DNA of 64,000 nt from Paraphysomonas bandaiensis (lineage: Eukaryota > Protista > Chrysophyceae): assembly GCA_965644295.1 (NCBI GenBank), contig CBFFRP010000263.1, forward strand, positions 124,001 to 188,000, read 5' to 3'. Below are positions 14,302 through 25,924 of this stretch, piece by piece (within the stretch, counting starts at the first letter, position 1; each line of letters begins with the position of its first letter). The notes beneath the pieces are model-generated. The model made no database searches and was not told where the DNA came from. It saw nothing but the letters and a program-made list of their open reading frames with translations. Both the position numbers and the translations under genes were made by a program.

Positions 14302-14907
14302 TTATAGAAGGACAAAATACGCAAAAATAGCCAATGGAATGGCAAACATCATTTGATACTCCGGGCGCGACTCTATTGTGTTAAAGCCGTACACACAACA
14401 TACCCAAGACAATCCAGTTAAAACTCTTCCGAACCATTTATGGAGAAAGCGTACTGTCTTGTTGGTCTTGAAAATTCCTCCATCCGGCCAGAGAGCAACT
14501 AGACCGAAGATAGTCATACCAATGTACCCCAACATTACGGCGACTCCAATCTGGGCATGCAGCGTCACAACATGGGGTTTTCCATAGATCTCTTTGTTCG
14601 AATATATGACATACCATCCAAACAAGGCCAAAAGAACAGCTGCCATCATAAAATATCCATGAAGCTTGGTGTTGACGTAACCTCCATCCTTCTTTGTCAG
14701 GATTGAATAACCAGCAATGAAAACAAAAGACATTATCATTGAAAGTGGATGCCATGAAAACCACACCCACTCGCCTTTACGCATTGTGGAATGCAAAGTC
14801 GCAGCAATGGAAAAGACCAGTAGGCCGACTTTAAGAAAGTTCCTCAGAGAATACGGATTACAGTCAGCATTACTCTGAGCACTGGTAGCAGCAGTTTTCT
14901 TATCCAT
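14302..14907 (-). CDS. Cytochrome b561 family membrane protein (CYB561D-like)
   Basis: Intronless ORF with FSWHPLSM, KLHGYFM, PHVVTLHAQIG and LHKWFGR heme-ligand histidines and 5-6 hydrophobic helices. Confidence 0.9.
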   Translation of the reverse strand: MDKKTAATSAQSNADCNPYSLRNFLKVGLLVFSIAATLHSTMRKGEWVWFSWHPLSMIMSFVFIAGYSILTKKDGGYVNTKLHGYFMMAAVLLALFGWYVIYSNKEIYGKPHVVTLHAQIGVAVMLGYIGMTIFGLVALWPDGGIFKTNKTVRFLHKWFGRVLTGLSWVCCVYGFNTIESRPEYQMMFAIPLAIFAYFVLL

Positions 14908-15428
14908 AACGAACAATGTTTCGAACTATATATATCTCCTTATGCAACCAAGACAAGCAAGTGAGAGCTGAGGTGTAGTTGATATGTGGGTGGTTATTAT
15001 ATGCATGCAATCAACACACCAAAAAAGAGGATTTTATGCACCATACCGCAGAGTGGAGTGGAGAAAAGAATAGAATATGCACACTATACGCGGTTTTCTA
15101 GTTTCTAGACTTTTCTTCTGAAAATACTACGATATATATGCCTAGATATCGGGAATTTGGACAATTAAAACACAATTCATATACTGTACAATACACGAGA
15201 ACACATATATATACACACACACATACATATACAGTCTATGCAGTATGCGGATTGGATTGTCCTTGTGGGTTTATATATACTAATCAGTCTCACACTATGC
15301 GGCTATGTGGTACGCCATCTTGCTACATGGTATTTCAAGTATGTCAATTATTGAGTGGTTTCGAATACACGTAAGGATGAGGATGCAAGATTATTTAGAG
15401 ATGTCACTTTTGAGCTCTCATTGCAACC

Positions 15429-16520
15429 ATGCAAAGATTAGTAATAGTGCTTGCGGTAGCCCTGCATTTTGTCCAATATCCAGTGGGCGCAACTGACTCT
15501 GTTAGCAGTAACAGTTATGCTGATCAATCGAAGTTATCATCTGGAATAGAAAGCGAAATGGACTTCCTGGATGACGAGTTGATCTCTAGGAACTTGGGGA
15601 GAAAAAAGCAGAAACTTACTCCCAAACCGACGAAAAAGAGGAGGCGGAGGAGACCAACACCACGTCCAACTATACCGTTTCTCGAGGGACCCACTATGAA
15701 TCCGACTAATATTCCCACGGACGCACTGACTCCGAATCCAACTGCAAAGCCGACGAAGCGGAAGAGAACGAGGAGACCAAAAAAGAAAAGGCGCCCTACC
15801 CCGAATCCTACTCCAGATCCTACCCCTCGCCCAACGATACCATTCTTGGAGGGTCCCACAAGGGTGCCTACATCCGTGCCGTCATCTGTTCCTACTTCTA
15901 TCCCAACATCTGTTCCTACTTCTTTCCCTACTTCTATCCCAACATCTGTACCGAGTTCTATCCCTACAGTCGCACCAACCATTGAAACAGAGTCTCCATC
16001 ACCCCAACCAACCCCGATTCCAACTGCAAAGCCGACGAAGCGGAAGAGAACGAGGAGACCAAAAAAGAAAAGGCGCCCTACCCCGAATCCTACTCCAGAT
16101 CCTACCCCTCGCCCAACGATACCATTCTTGGAGGGTCCTACAAGGGTGCCTACATCGGTGCCGTCATCTGTTCCTACTTCTATCCCAACATCTGTCCCTA
16201 CTTTTGAGCCCTCTACCGACGATGTTGTGACTGAACAGCCCACAGTTGGTCCTCCTAACGGCAAAACTAAAACTTCTAAGAAGGATAAACCGTCCAATGG
16301 TAAGACCAAACCTGCTAAGAAGGATAAGCCGTCCAATGGCAAAACTAAAACATCTAAGAAGGATAAACCGTCCAATGGCAAGACCAAAACTGCTAAGAAG
16401 GATAAGCCGTCCAATGGCAAGACCAAAACTTCGAAGAACGATAAGCCTGCCGGCGGAAAACCTTCAAAGAAGAACAATAAACCTTCTAAGAAGAAGCCAT
16501 CGCCTTCGAAAAGCAAATAG
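15429..16520 (+). CDS. Secreted Pro/Thr- and Lys/Arg-rich repeat protein (silaffin/mucin-like)
   Basis: Signal peptide, acidic pro-segment ending SRNL, PTS/PTP repeats, and about five (KKDKPSNGKTKTS)-type repeats; intronless, 363 aa. Confidence 0.8.
   Translation: MQRLVIVLAVALHFVQYPVGATDSVSSNSYADQSKLSSGIESEMDFLDDELISRNLGRKKQKLTPKPTKKRRRRRPTPRPTIPFLEGPTMNPTNIPTDALTPNPTAKPTKRKRTRRPKKKRRPTPNPTPDPTPRPTIPFLEGPTRVPTSVPSSVPTSIPTSVPTSFPTSIPTSVPSSIPTVAPTIETESPSPQPTPIPTAKPTKRKRTRRPKKKRRPTPNPTPDPTPRPTIPFLEGPTRVPTSVPSSVPTSIPTSVPTFEPSTDDVVTEQPTVGPPNGKTKTSKKDKPSNGKTKPAKKDKPSNGKTKTSKKDKPSNGKTKTAKKDKPSNGKTKTSKNDKPAGGKPSKKNNKPSKKKPSPSKSK
15738..16196 (+). repeat. Intragenic direct duplication of ~180 bp (15738-15918 and 16019-16196); 39-bp tandem repeats follow at ~16255-16450
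   Basis: ccaactgcaaagccgacgaagcggaag...cccaacatctgt occurs twice, nearly identical. Confidence 0.9.
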
Positions 16521-17416
16521 GAATACCGTACGTCGTTTAGATAATTTTCTTTGGTATGATATGGATGAACAATGAATACTGGATTTGGGTTATCATATCG
16601 TATTTGATGCGAGTGCTATTGCGTTATAGCATTTTTCGTTTCACATTTTTAGTCTTTGTTACTACGCCTTTATAAAATCAATTAGTTCCATTTTTTGTTA
16701 GCATGGTTGTGAACCTATTGTGACGTATAAGATCTCCCCAATTGTAAAAATATCGTAATTGAAGCAAATTCTTCTCCATTTAACACCCAATTGTCATCGT
16801 ACAATGAACAGTTTCTAGTTTCTAGCACAGAGTCGCAGGGATAATACAGTGTCCCACTACCAGATTGAAGAATATATTCACCACGTTACACCTGATTGAA
16901 CAGTAAATTGTGTCGCAGATCTTTCACACCAACAGAATATATAAGTAATTCGTTAAGCTGTTGTTTGTAGTATTGGAAATTCGGAGGAAGGCAATAATAC
17001 TATCTACTTTAACTAAATACTGCCAAGTACTATTTTATATATATAATATATATTATGTACATTTCTTTCGGAGAACTTTTAATAGAATTACATCAGAAGC
17101 TATTCAACATCACGTATATATTTCCATAATATACTACTTCCTCTCATCAACGTGACTGCACTAATAGGACGTAATGTACTACAGCACAATAGAGTTTCTT
17201 TATTCCTTAACTCACATTGAATGTAATGGTTATGAATTATAAAATGCACAGTAACGATGATTATCAAGATTCTGACCGCAATCTACTTACAACTCTGTAG
17301 TATCAAATAACCAGCGTTGTCATACAGAAGTATCATACACTACAGGCATACTGTAAAATACTTGGGTCTTATATACAGTATTCTAATAACAGTAGAGCGG
17401 TAATAAGCTCGTACAT

Positions 17417-17875
17417 CTACCTTCTACAATCTCTTAATGTAGATCGATTAAGCATTCTCTTTAGTACACGGTCACGCCCACTGCATGCAGTCAAGTGTGT
17501 ATTTTTAGTTGTTTCGTGGTAATCCTGAGGTGAATCGGCGGAAACTTTCCGTCGCCCAAACACTGTGGTTTCTGAAAATTCACTTTCTGCAGCAGATCCA
17601 CCAAATGAACTTGATGCTCGTGATATCATTCGGGAAAACACACGATCTCTCTGGCTTTTGTGTCCCGAGGGCATTCGCTTTACTGCAGATTCATCAGTGG
17701 CTACTGACTCATAACTCTGTGATTGTGATATATCCCACTTGTCGACACTAGAGGAGTCACTACGACCCTTTCCAACTCGAATAACTTTACTTCCGCTCTT
17801 CTTACTACAAACATGAGGTGCTGGGCGCCCTGGTTTCGTTTTCGTAAAGCGCCAACCAGATGTTATAACTGGCAT
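17417..17875 (-). CDS. Hypothetical basic Ser-rich protein (~152 aa)
   Basis: ATG at 17875 (MPVITSGWRF...); coding-like composition; divergent from the GT61 gene. Confidence 0.5.
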   Translation of the reverse strand: MPVITSGWRFTKTKPGRPAPHVCSKKSGSKVIRVGKGRSDSSSVDKWDISQSQSYESVATDESAVKRMPSGHKSQRDRVFSRMISRASSSFGGSAAESEFSETTVFGRRKVSADSPQDYHETTKNTHLTACSGRDRVLKRMLNRSTLRDCRR

Positions 17876-18495
17876 GGTGACGAGTATTCCACTTACGGAA
17901 AATGTTAAATGCAATCACAGAAGTACAGCAGAGTCAACAATAATATTAAACTATTCCCTGCTGACAAACCGTTAAAACAGGCACTTACTAGTTCCCATTC
18001 GCCCGGTCTAAATTTTGGGAAGTTTTTTTTATGAGGAAAGCAGCGTTTTCATTGGAGCTGACCCATCGCCACTCTGTTGAACATGCGTACGCTGATCCCA
18101 CACAAGATACACAATTGGCAGTTATTGTCCATTTGGGTGAGGAGAATATAGACGGGTTACATGACACGGGGAGGAAAATCAGTTGGAATTCCTTGAATTA
18201 TTTTTGTAATACTCCTCCCCGTGTCACGTAGCCCGTATATATTCTCATACAGCAGTATATAGTATATAATACCGCCCCTACAAAGGCATGGCTGTATACA
18301 GAGCGTATTCATAATATACAGCAGCAGTGTGTGTATATTAATTGTGTGGATTTACTTTCTTGATACACAACTTAACTGCAGAGCACAGCGTTGGTACAAC
18401 TCCAGGAGCCCCTTCTTCCAAACAATCTTATGCTATTCAATCGATCTCCTGAAACTATTCTTCCAGGCAGTAACAGCACATAACTGTATATCAGA

Positions 18496-20570
18496 ATGGG
18501 CTACTCGGGCTGGTATCATATGGTTAGTCACTGTGCCCTTATCAACTGTGATAACGATCCCATTACAGAGGCTTATATTTGCTGTCATTGTTATCTCAAT
18601 CCCGCTGATATTTCTTCGGTTGCGACCTCAACTCCCTAATGTACCAAAGCCTCCAGTGCATGAGGTCTCCACCAGAGAGCAGTGCTATTGTGACTCAGGA
18701 AGCACAGAAAATTATATAGTGAAACTACATCGCCCATGGCATCATTTTGATTCGAACCACTGGTTTCACAGTACGTATTCTGTTAATATTTTCATTGACC
18801 TCGTGATACAAGTGTGGCAGTATGCGAATATTACTTATCAAGACATCGTTTTGTGGATTCACATGTCCCAGATAATTCGACATTATTAATAGTAGCTGAT
18901 GATGTCGGTTTTACTGCTGGTATGACTGAGATGACTATGTTTTATATGATGCTGGCTTTTACACAAGGTATGAGCATCTAACGAAAAGTTGGCGAGCGTT
19001 TCATAAACCGTGCAGGCACCGCCAAAGAAGTCAAAGTGTATGATCCAGTATATATTTCGCAGGGAGTGAAAGGGCTTGGAAACTTTGGTTAGTATTTCGT
19101 AAGGATCATTAACACAGTGTTAATAATTGTTTTATAGTGTACGATGGCCCCATATACAGCTATACACGCGATGCTGACCTATCCAATCGCTATAGCCTAG
19201 TCGGTGCGAAACACGTACACAGACACTCGTCCGCAGGAAAGTGTATGTGTGGGTCATATGTTGGTGAGTTTGGTGCGGCTCCTATTGATAGAGGATACTG
19301 GTTTAGCGGGGCAAAGGATGTTAAAATAGTGCGGGAAAAGATATCGGCTTTATGTCCTGCCGCCGAGGCACCTCTCCTTCTTCGTACATACAGTCATGTT
19401 TTAGTACCTTACAGCCCAAACCCGGGTATGTCTCAATTTAGCGATAACAGCTCCTCACCGCAAAATCGATATACAAGTACTGCTAATTCCCTTCGGATGC
19501 GTAAAGATAACCACACTACCTCCGCTGTTGGTACACGGCCCGCTGCAGCTTTGAGGGGGAGGCTCCGTTCATCTCGTGGAGCACTGTCGCGCCGTCTTCC
19601 GGCGTCACCAACGGAACCATCGAAATCAAAGCCGATGTTCAAGATGGTGATATATCAGGTATTCAATTTTGCTCATCTCTTTGTATTCTGACTCTTTCCT
19701 GCTGTTCTGTGCTCAGAGAGACGCTGATAGAAAATTCTTGAAGCTGGATCATATCTTGTCACTGCTCCACCGCGCATTAGGCACAAGGTAGGACGGAAAG
19801 CGCTGCGTTTGATATCATATTCTTAATACCGTGAATACACAGCTGGAGTCTAGAGGTGCTAAACCACGAGGAAAAATTAGATCCTTGCCTCTTAAGTGCT
19901 GTACTGAAGGTACGATATTTGGTGCCCGTATCACTGGTCATTGCTCTGTTTATCTTCAGGACGCGGACATATACCTGACTACTCACGGGTTTCAGTCCAT
20001 GGGCATACTTTTCATGAAGAAAGGTTTTCTTTAGTGTGATATATTAATCATTGCTCACAGTTATGCAGGATCTGTAATTATGGAAGTATTTCCCTATAAG
20101 TACTGGAAGGTAAAGTTGCGTATTGAATAGATGTATTTATGACATGAGTGCAGGTCGGGTACAAACCTCTGGCCGACGAATTCGGTGTGCATCATAGATG
20201 GGTAGGTATATATGCACTAGAGGAACTAACACTTTATCTTTCTCGGTATGGCAGGTACAAAATAATGCTCCAGTTTCCTCTTCAAGGAATATACTCTTGG
20301 CTTTTCCCCAGGTGTGATATTCGTTTGTATATTCCACCACCCGGGTAAAATTGAATTCAGGAGTTCTGCATGTGGAGCCTCTGGTGCAGAGACTTCTCCA
20401 GAGGTGATGACGTTATTATGACACCAGATATGATGGATAGCTTACTCCATACTGGTGAGTTTATTATCGACTTACCGTGTGGAGTTTTGACTTTATTTCA
20501 TGCAGCACGGGATTTAGAAGCTGGAATAATCGGTGCGCATAATGCTCCGGCTGTATTTGGAGTGAAGTAG
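18496..20570 (+). CDS. Glycosyltransferase family 61 (DUF563)-like type II membrane protein, multi-exon
   Basis: Spliced start MGYSGWYHM|RLIFAVIVISIPLIFL (signal anchor); HPNHW-like DSNHWFH; ADIYLTTHGFQSMGILFMKKG followed by SVIMEVFPYKYWK..GYKPLA is typical of GT61. Confidence 0.75.
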
Positions 20571-21600
20571 CACATAAAGTAGTATATATAGAAATAGGCC
20601 AGTGCATATATGTTATAGAATTTCAGCTTGTATTAGAAATGCAATGTATATTTTTATTTCTCGTCTACTTAAGTTAATTTGGTTCTTTGTGATAATAATA
20701 CATTTAAAGAACAAACTGTTTATTTTGAAACGAGTGGAAAATGTACTTATATATGCGTAGTTATTCTTTTCACATTGTAATATAATGTCATTATATTGTA
20801 ACCTAGATTCGGACAAGGCACGCAGTTTACACCGCAGCGCGCTTATTTTGAAAATATGTATTCTAGCTTACAAAACATATTATTTCTGAGCAGATCACAA
20901 GAACTTGCCATGTCTTCTTTTACTTATGATGTACGCCTTCACTCAAATTTTTAATTACAGCTGTCTCATTAGCCTTATTATATAGATAATAATATACATG
21001 GGGGTGCGAAAGGTTTATGCCTAGTACGTGTTTGACAGAATACACTTTATGATGAGCACTACAAGATAAGACTGTATGAATAGTGCGTCATATATATTTT
21101 AAGATGTGAATCCGTACTATTATATATTCAACCCCTCTTATACTGCTTCAATCGTTAGTCATGATATTATTCATCAACTTATAAAAGAACCACGTTAACG
21201 CTATAGGATATGGCCCACAAAAAAACGGAATTCTAGCTTTGTCAACAGCTGCTGAACGGTGCGTTGCGGTCACTTATATCACACTGTTCATTGCTATTTG
21301 TAGTTTTTGTGATTAACAATTGAATTTAGTAGTAGTTTGATCAAGTGGGTATATAACTACACTCTGTTGATAACATGCTGCAAGAAGCATATCTAGGTAT
21401 GCATGCTATGTATCACGTTTAATTTAAGATGATCTCTACTGGTAACGGTAGGAGCACACTCTATACAGCAGCAGGAGTGGGTCCAGTGGGGTCCAGTGTC
21501 GACTGTATGTATGTTAAGAGTGTCAGGAGATCAAGAATGCATGATAGATACGCACTGAGGGATATATACGATGGAGCAGTGTATACCGGCCGGTATACCA

Positions 21601-21630
21601 CTATACAGCAGTATACAGCAGTACAGCACA
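21601..21630. promoter_or_regulatory. Tandem copies of the recurrent (T)ACAGCAGTA upstream motif (representative instance)
   Basis: ctatacagcagtatacagcagtacagcac lies ~130 bp upstream of the ATG at 21749; the same motif occurs upstream of many genes in the window. Confidence 0.55.
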
Positions 21631-21748
21631 AGAAGCATACGATCACTGCCTTCGCAGCATATCTCAGAGCTGCTATACACTGCAGTGCAGCACATGTATG
21701 TATCTCCCCAAGAAACATAACGTATCCAGTACCCACCCCTCCCTGACA

Positions 21749-23036
21749 ATGGACATATCATCAAAGGTAGTGCGGAGCGCCAGCAGTCTTGAGTATGCCC
21801 CCATTGAACACGAGAACTGGTGGAGGGAAACAGTCCGTTACTCTAAGTTCAATAGACAGGGATTGGATATAGTCTGCGCATCATTCGAGCATAGAGAGCC
21901 GATTGGGTGCATTGTATTTGTGACAGGATGGAGTGAGTCCTTCCTTAAGTATGCGGATCTTATACGAACGCTGTATATGCATAACTATTCCGTGTATACG
22001 TATGACCATCAGTCACAAGGGCTCAGCGGCCGGTGGCTGCAGGAGACTCAGTATACGTGGATTCATACTTTCGATGACTATGTAGATGACTTTGTATTTT
22101 TCTTGACAACTGTTGCGCGGCAGAACACTTCTCGGCCTATATATGTGGTAGCACATTCAATGGGCTGCCTGATCTCTGCCATTGGTATGAGTCGTCATCC
22201 ATCTATTGTAAGCCGTGCCGTTTTTTCAGCCCCCTTGATTCGAAATAAATGTGGAATGAAGTATTTTGAGTACAAGAATCCTCTCCCACAGCCGCTAGTG
22301 TATTGGATAACTTATGTGGCGTGCTACTGTGGTCTCGGATCAATGCCAGCGATGGGGTTCTTCAAAGAACGGGCAGAGGATAAGATTAAGCTAAAGCTTA
22401 CGACTGACAAGTTGGTATTCATCTTTTACATCATTCATGTCTTAAAATGGTATACAGGAAAATGATGCAGAACTGGGAAGCGCTGCGAAAGCGCTACCCG
22501 TCCATTATGTCTACCTGTGTCACGAATGACTGGATCCTTCACTGCATACGAGCACAGAATAAATTTGCCCGAATATACGAACTGTTCAGAACGAATACAA
22601 TTATTCTTCAGGCGACGGACGATATTTTTGTCTATAATCGTGCTATGAGCGTGTTTTCTCAGACCGCACCGGCTACGAGGTAGGCCTACTCATGTCGTTA
22701 GAAGTGTGTATCTATTGTGTACTGTAAGTCTCGGTTTAATATATACATCAACGTCTCAGGATATTTACTGTGCCAAACTCCTACCATGAAGTCTTACTAG
22801 AAGCCCCAGAGAAACGCAATGCATGCGCACGAGTTATTCTGAACTTCTTTGAACAAGAGAGTGACGATGTACATCGCATTAGTCCAATCCCTCCTCTGGT
22901 TACCTGTGACCCGTCGAAACACATATTTTCATACGCGGAAATTGTGCTCCGTGCCACAGGAGTAACTGTTGCCGCCGTGGGTTTTGTGCTGGGCGTAACA
23001 CTTATGGTGGGAGGGGGAAGAGGAGCAAGGAGGTAG
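21749..23036 (+). CDS. Alpha/beta hydrolase (lysophospholipase L2 / Hydrolase_4) with C-terminal TM helix
   Basis: VTGWSESFLKY, YDHQSQGLSGR, nucleophile AHSMG, catalytic Asp (DDIFV) and His (SYHEVLLE); two introns. Confidence 0.88.
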
Positions 23037-23584
23037 AGGAGTACATATTCCACGAAATTTTGCCTTAGCTTCCAAAATAGCTCAAGATAGCTAGCATATT
23101 GTATATTTACATACTTGGCGTACTCTTTATTGTGAGACACTTGAATATTCTTCTTTCTGATGTGAGAATTAACGTGGTTAACATTTTAAAATTGAAGTAA
23201 TCACAGTACTCAATTAAATTGTGATATACATTTCTCATCTTTCATAGTCATGTGATTAAACTGTACTTAAGCCAATCAATATCTACAATAGTAAGTAGTA
23301 AGATCTTACAACTTCGGCACATCTCAATAGGTTGAAGAACGAAACTAAAATTAGTTTTTGAGACTGAGTACTTGCTGAGTTATCTCGCTACACACGACAT
23401 CATTTTCTTTCTACACAGGTATACCTTTTAGATATATATTCCACCACAACCCACAACTGTTGAGATATAAATATACGATGAAAATTGCAAGAGACATCAC
23501 CATATTTTCTGTTTTTCGTGTTGATAGTAAATAGTTATTTGTATCTTGAAATACATTAAAATCACACCACTTCTGAGTTGTGTG

Positions 23585-23990
23585 ATGGGAGTTGAAGAGC
23601 TTGGACTGGACCCAATTCTGTTTCTACTACCCCTTTTCAGAATGCTAATTGTTAGTACATCTGGTGGAGGAAAAGCTAACATTGTGATCAACGTTATAAT
23701 GAACAAAGTTATACACAAGAAATAAAATAACAATAACATATGTACACTTAGGAAGAGAATTAGATCATACTGATGATTCATTAAAAATTCATGAAGGTTA
23801 AGATCATTTGAGAGGTATGGGCATTGATAAAGTGCTTTGGCCAAATATTGATAATATTCATGATATTGGATGCATTAGTTAATTAAAGTATCAGGATATT
23901 TCCATGGGTAGTGTAAAATGTGAAATATATACACTGATGTTGTAAGGCACAAGTTTATTAACTTGTTTTATTAGATGTTATCTGTGATAA
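23585..23990 (+). pseudogene. Degenerate A32-like (Polinton/virophage/NCLDV-type) genome-packaging ATPase remnant
   Basis: My translation gives PLFRMLIVSTSGGGKANIVIN (decayed Walker A), ILIIF[D]DIG (Walker B with a 1-nt deletion, ~23845-23870) and VRHKFINLF (RH motif, ~23942), interrupted by stops. Confidence 0.5.
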
Positions 23991-24327
23991 TAATGTATTA
24001 ACTTAAGCTTTTAAGAGTGCAGTATTGACTGATTTATATTAAGGGAGATATAGTGAAAATATGATGTTGTAGCACTGTGATTTAGGAACCACGTCATTCA
24101 CCAACATCAACATTCTGTTTTACAAATCATACCTTTAACAGCTACTATATTTCAGTTTCTTTGTATACTTGTAATAGCTACTCCTATATCCTATAGTGTA
24201 GTCATGTATATTCTGTATTTCATTGCTACATAGAATACAGGATAACTACTGGCGATCCGCTTTGCCAAACTTCAAGTACGCATATAATGTAATGACTTCA
24301 ATGTAGTTCAATATTATGACTTGCACT

Positions 24328-24464
24328 CAGGGGCCGATACCAACTTATTTCCAGCAAAAATAGGTAATAATATATTGCGAGACCAAACTTTGCTAAAATA
24401 ATAGTAAACATATTGTAGCAATCAAAAGTAAATAATTGAAATATTTATAGTTTATCTGGCCCTG
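24328..24464. mobile_element. hAT-type MITE, 137 bp
   Basis: TIRs caggggccgata / tatctggccctg; perfect 8-bp TSD cttgcact at 24320-24327 and 24465-24472. Confidence 0.9.
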
Positions 24465-24814
24465 CTTGCACTGCAATCTTTCAAGTGTCAAGTATCACAG
24501 ACTATATACTAACTACACCTGAGACACCAACCTTACTCTATACTAAATATCTAAATACTAAATATCATTACACCGTATTGTCATCATATACACCGCATAC
24601 TGCTGTCACACTGTAGTTTGCTGTCGGCATTGCACTGTATACACACATACACCAACCTAACTGTATAGTGTAGTATACAGCAGTATACTATATCACATTA
24701 AGCTTGCACTCCAATGACAGTCAACTAGAAAGACACGCAGGTCTCGTTAGAAGTTGGACACAGAACAAAGACACAGAATTAAGCCGAATCAAATAATATT
24801 TTTAGTTTATAACG

Positions 24815-25477
24815 CTAGTTTATAATATTACTTTTTTGTTTACTTTTTCTTTTTTTACTCTTTTTGTTCGTACCATTTAAATCACTACTGTAGGAGGTAT
24901 CCGTGGAACTACTAACGGCTTCTGTATGCGCGCCATGACACCAACTACAACTCGACTCACCATTATCGTGGCATATACATGAGCACTCAAAAACAATATC
25001 ATCACGGGTAAGATTTGATGTTTGCAGGGGAGCAGCTATGGTCTGTTCATCGTCTACATCTATCGCTTTGCGTTTCTTTGGCACATTGCAAACATCTGTT
25101 GAATTAGAAGCAGATTTCTTGTGTTTTCGAACCACTTCATCGATATTGTCAAATAGATATGGCGTCAATTCACTTGGCAATTTGTGATTCGAATTACAGA
25201 ACGTTATATAGTCAACTCGGAGTACAGGAATACTGAATTTATGGGCTTTGCGAATTCGCTGTGTGGCATTGCCAACCGCACAGTCGCTTGCGATAATATA
25301 ATCTACTTTCTTATGTACAGTGGAAGACACTTTCCCTCCTAGCTGTTCAATGATTCTTTTCATGTTGTTGTATGTAACTCCATCTCCATTAGATGCTATC
25401 GACTCATCGGTATCGCCCTGAGAGCTATTCACTGTTATTGAAAATATATTCCCATTAAACAGATTAGGCGGACTCAT
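24815..25477 (-). CDS. BRCT-domain protein with C-terminal Cys/His cluster and basic NLS
   Basis: IIEQLGGKVSSTVHKKVDYIIAS...RIRKAHKFSIPVLRVDYI (BRCT); CSCICH..CSWCH; KKSKKRKSK. Confidence 0.8.
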   Translation of the reverse strand: MSPPNLFNGNIFSITVNSSQGDTDESIASNGDGVTYNNMKRIIEQLGGKVSSTVHKKVDYIIASDCAVGNATQRIRKAHKFSIPVLRVDYITFCNSNHKLPSELTPYLFDNIDEVVRKHKKSASNSTDVCNVPKKRKAIDVDDEQTIAAPLQTSNLTRDDIVFECSCICHDNGESSCSWCHGAHTEAVSSSTDTSYSSDLNGTNKKSKKRKSKQKSNIIN

Positions 25478-25924
25478 CTCATAAGAGTTCAGTTATTAGC
25501 ACCACCTGTCTTGATATTTAACAGTCAGTTCCCTAGCTGCGGTATATGTATGTGATTTCCTTCACTTGTTAACGTCATATCATACATATGCATGACCATC
25601 TATGTGGTTCATACTACGACCGGGCGATGTACACACATACGGCTATACGGTATACCGGGATACTGCTCTTCCTCTCTGTATTCCGTATACAGCAGTATAT
25701 ATAGTCGTGAAGATGCACAGAAATTCCATTATTTATACAGCCCTGTATTCCTCGGTATTATTGCTCATTCCATGTTAAAGTATGCAGGTTCCTGCTGCTG
25801 TGTATGTGTATGTGTAGTGCAGGCTGCTATGTATATAGTATAGCAATCATCACATCAGATTCCATCCACCATATAGACTTCAATACCGCTTTAAACTCAC
25901 CGTTGTTGCATTCGATATATCCCA

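Noticed and set aside
16255-16450. CRISPR-like regularly spaced repeats
   Set aside because: Tandem in-frame coding repeats without unique spacers, in a eukaryotic gene.
15524-16516. 330-aa antisense ORF
   Set aside because: Shadow of the repetitive Pro/Thr/Lys-coding sense gene, which has the signal peptide.
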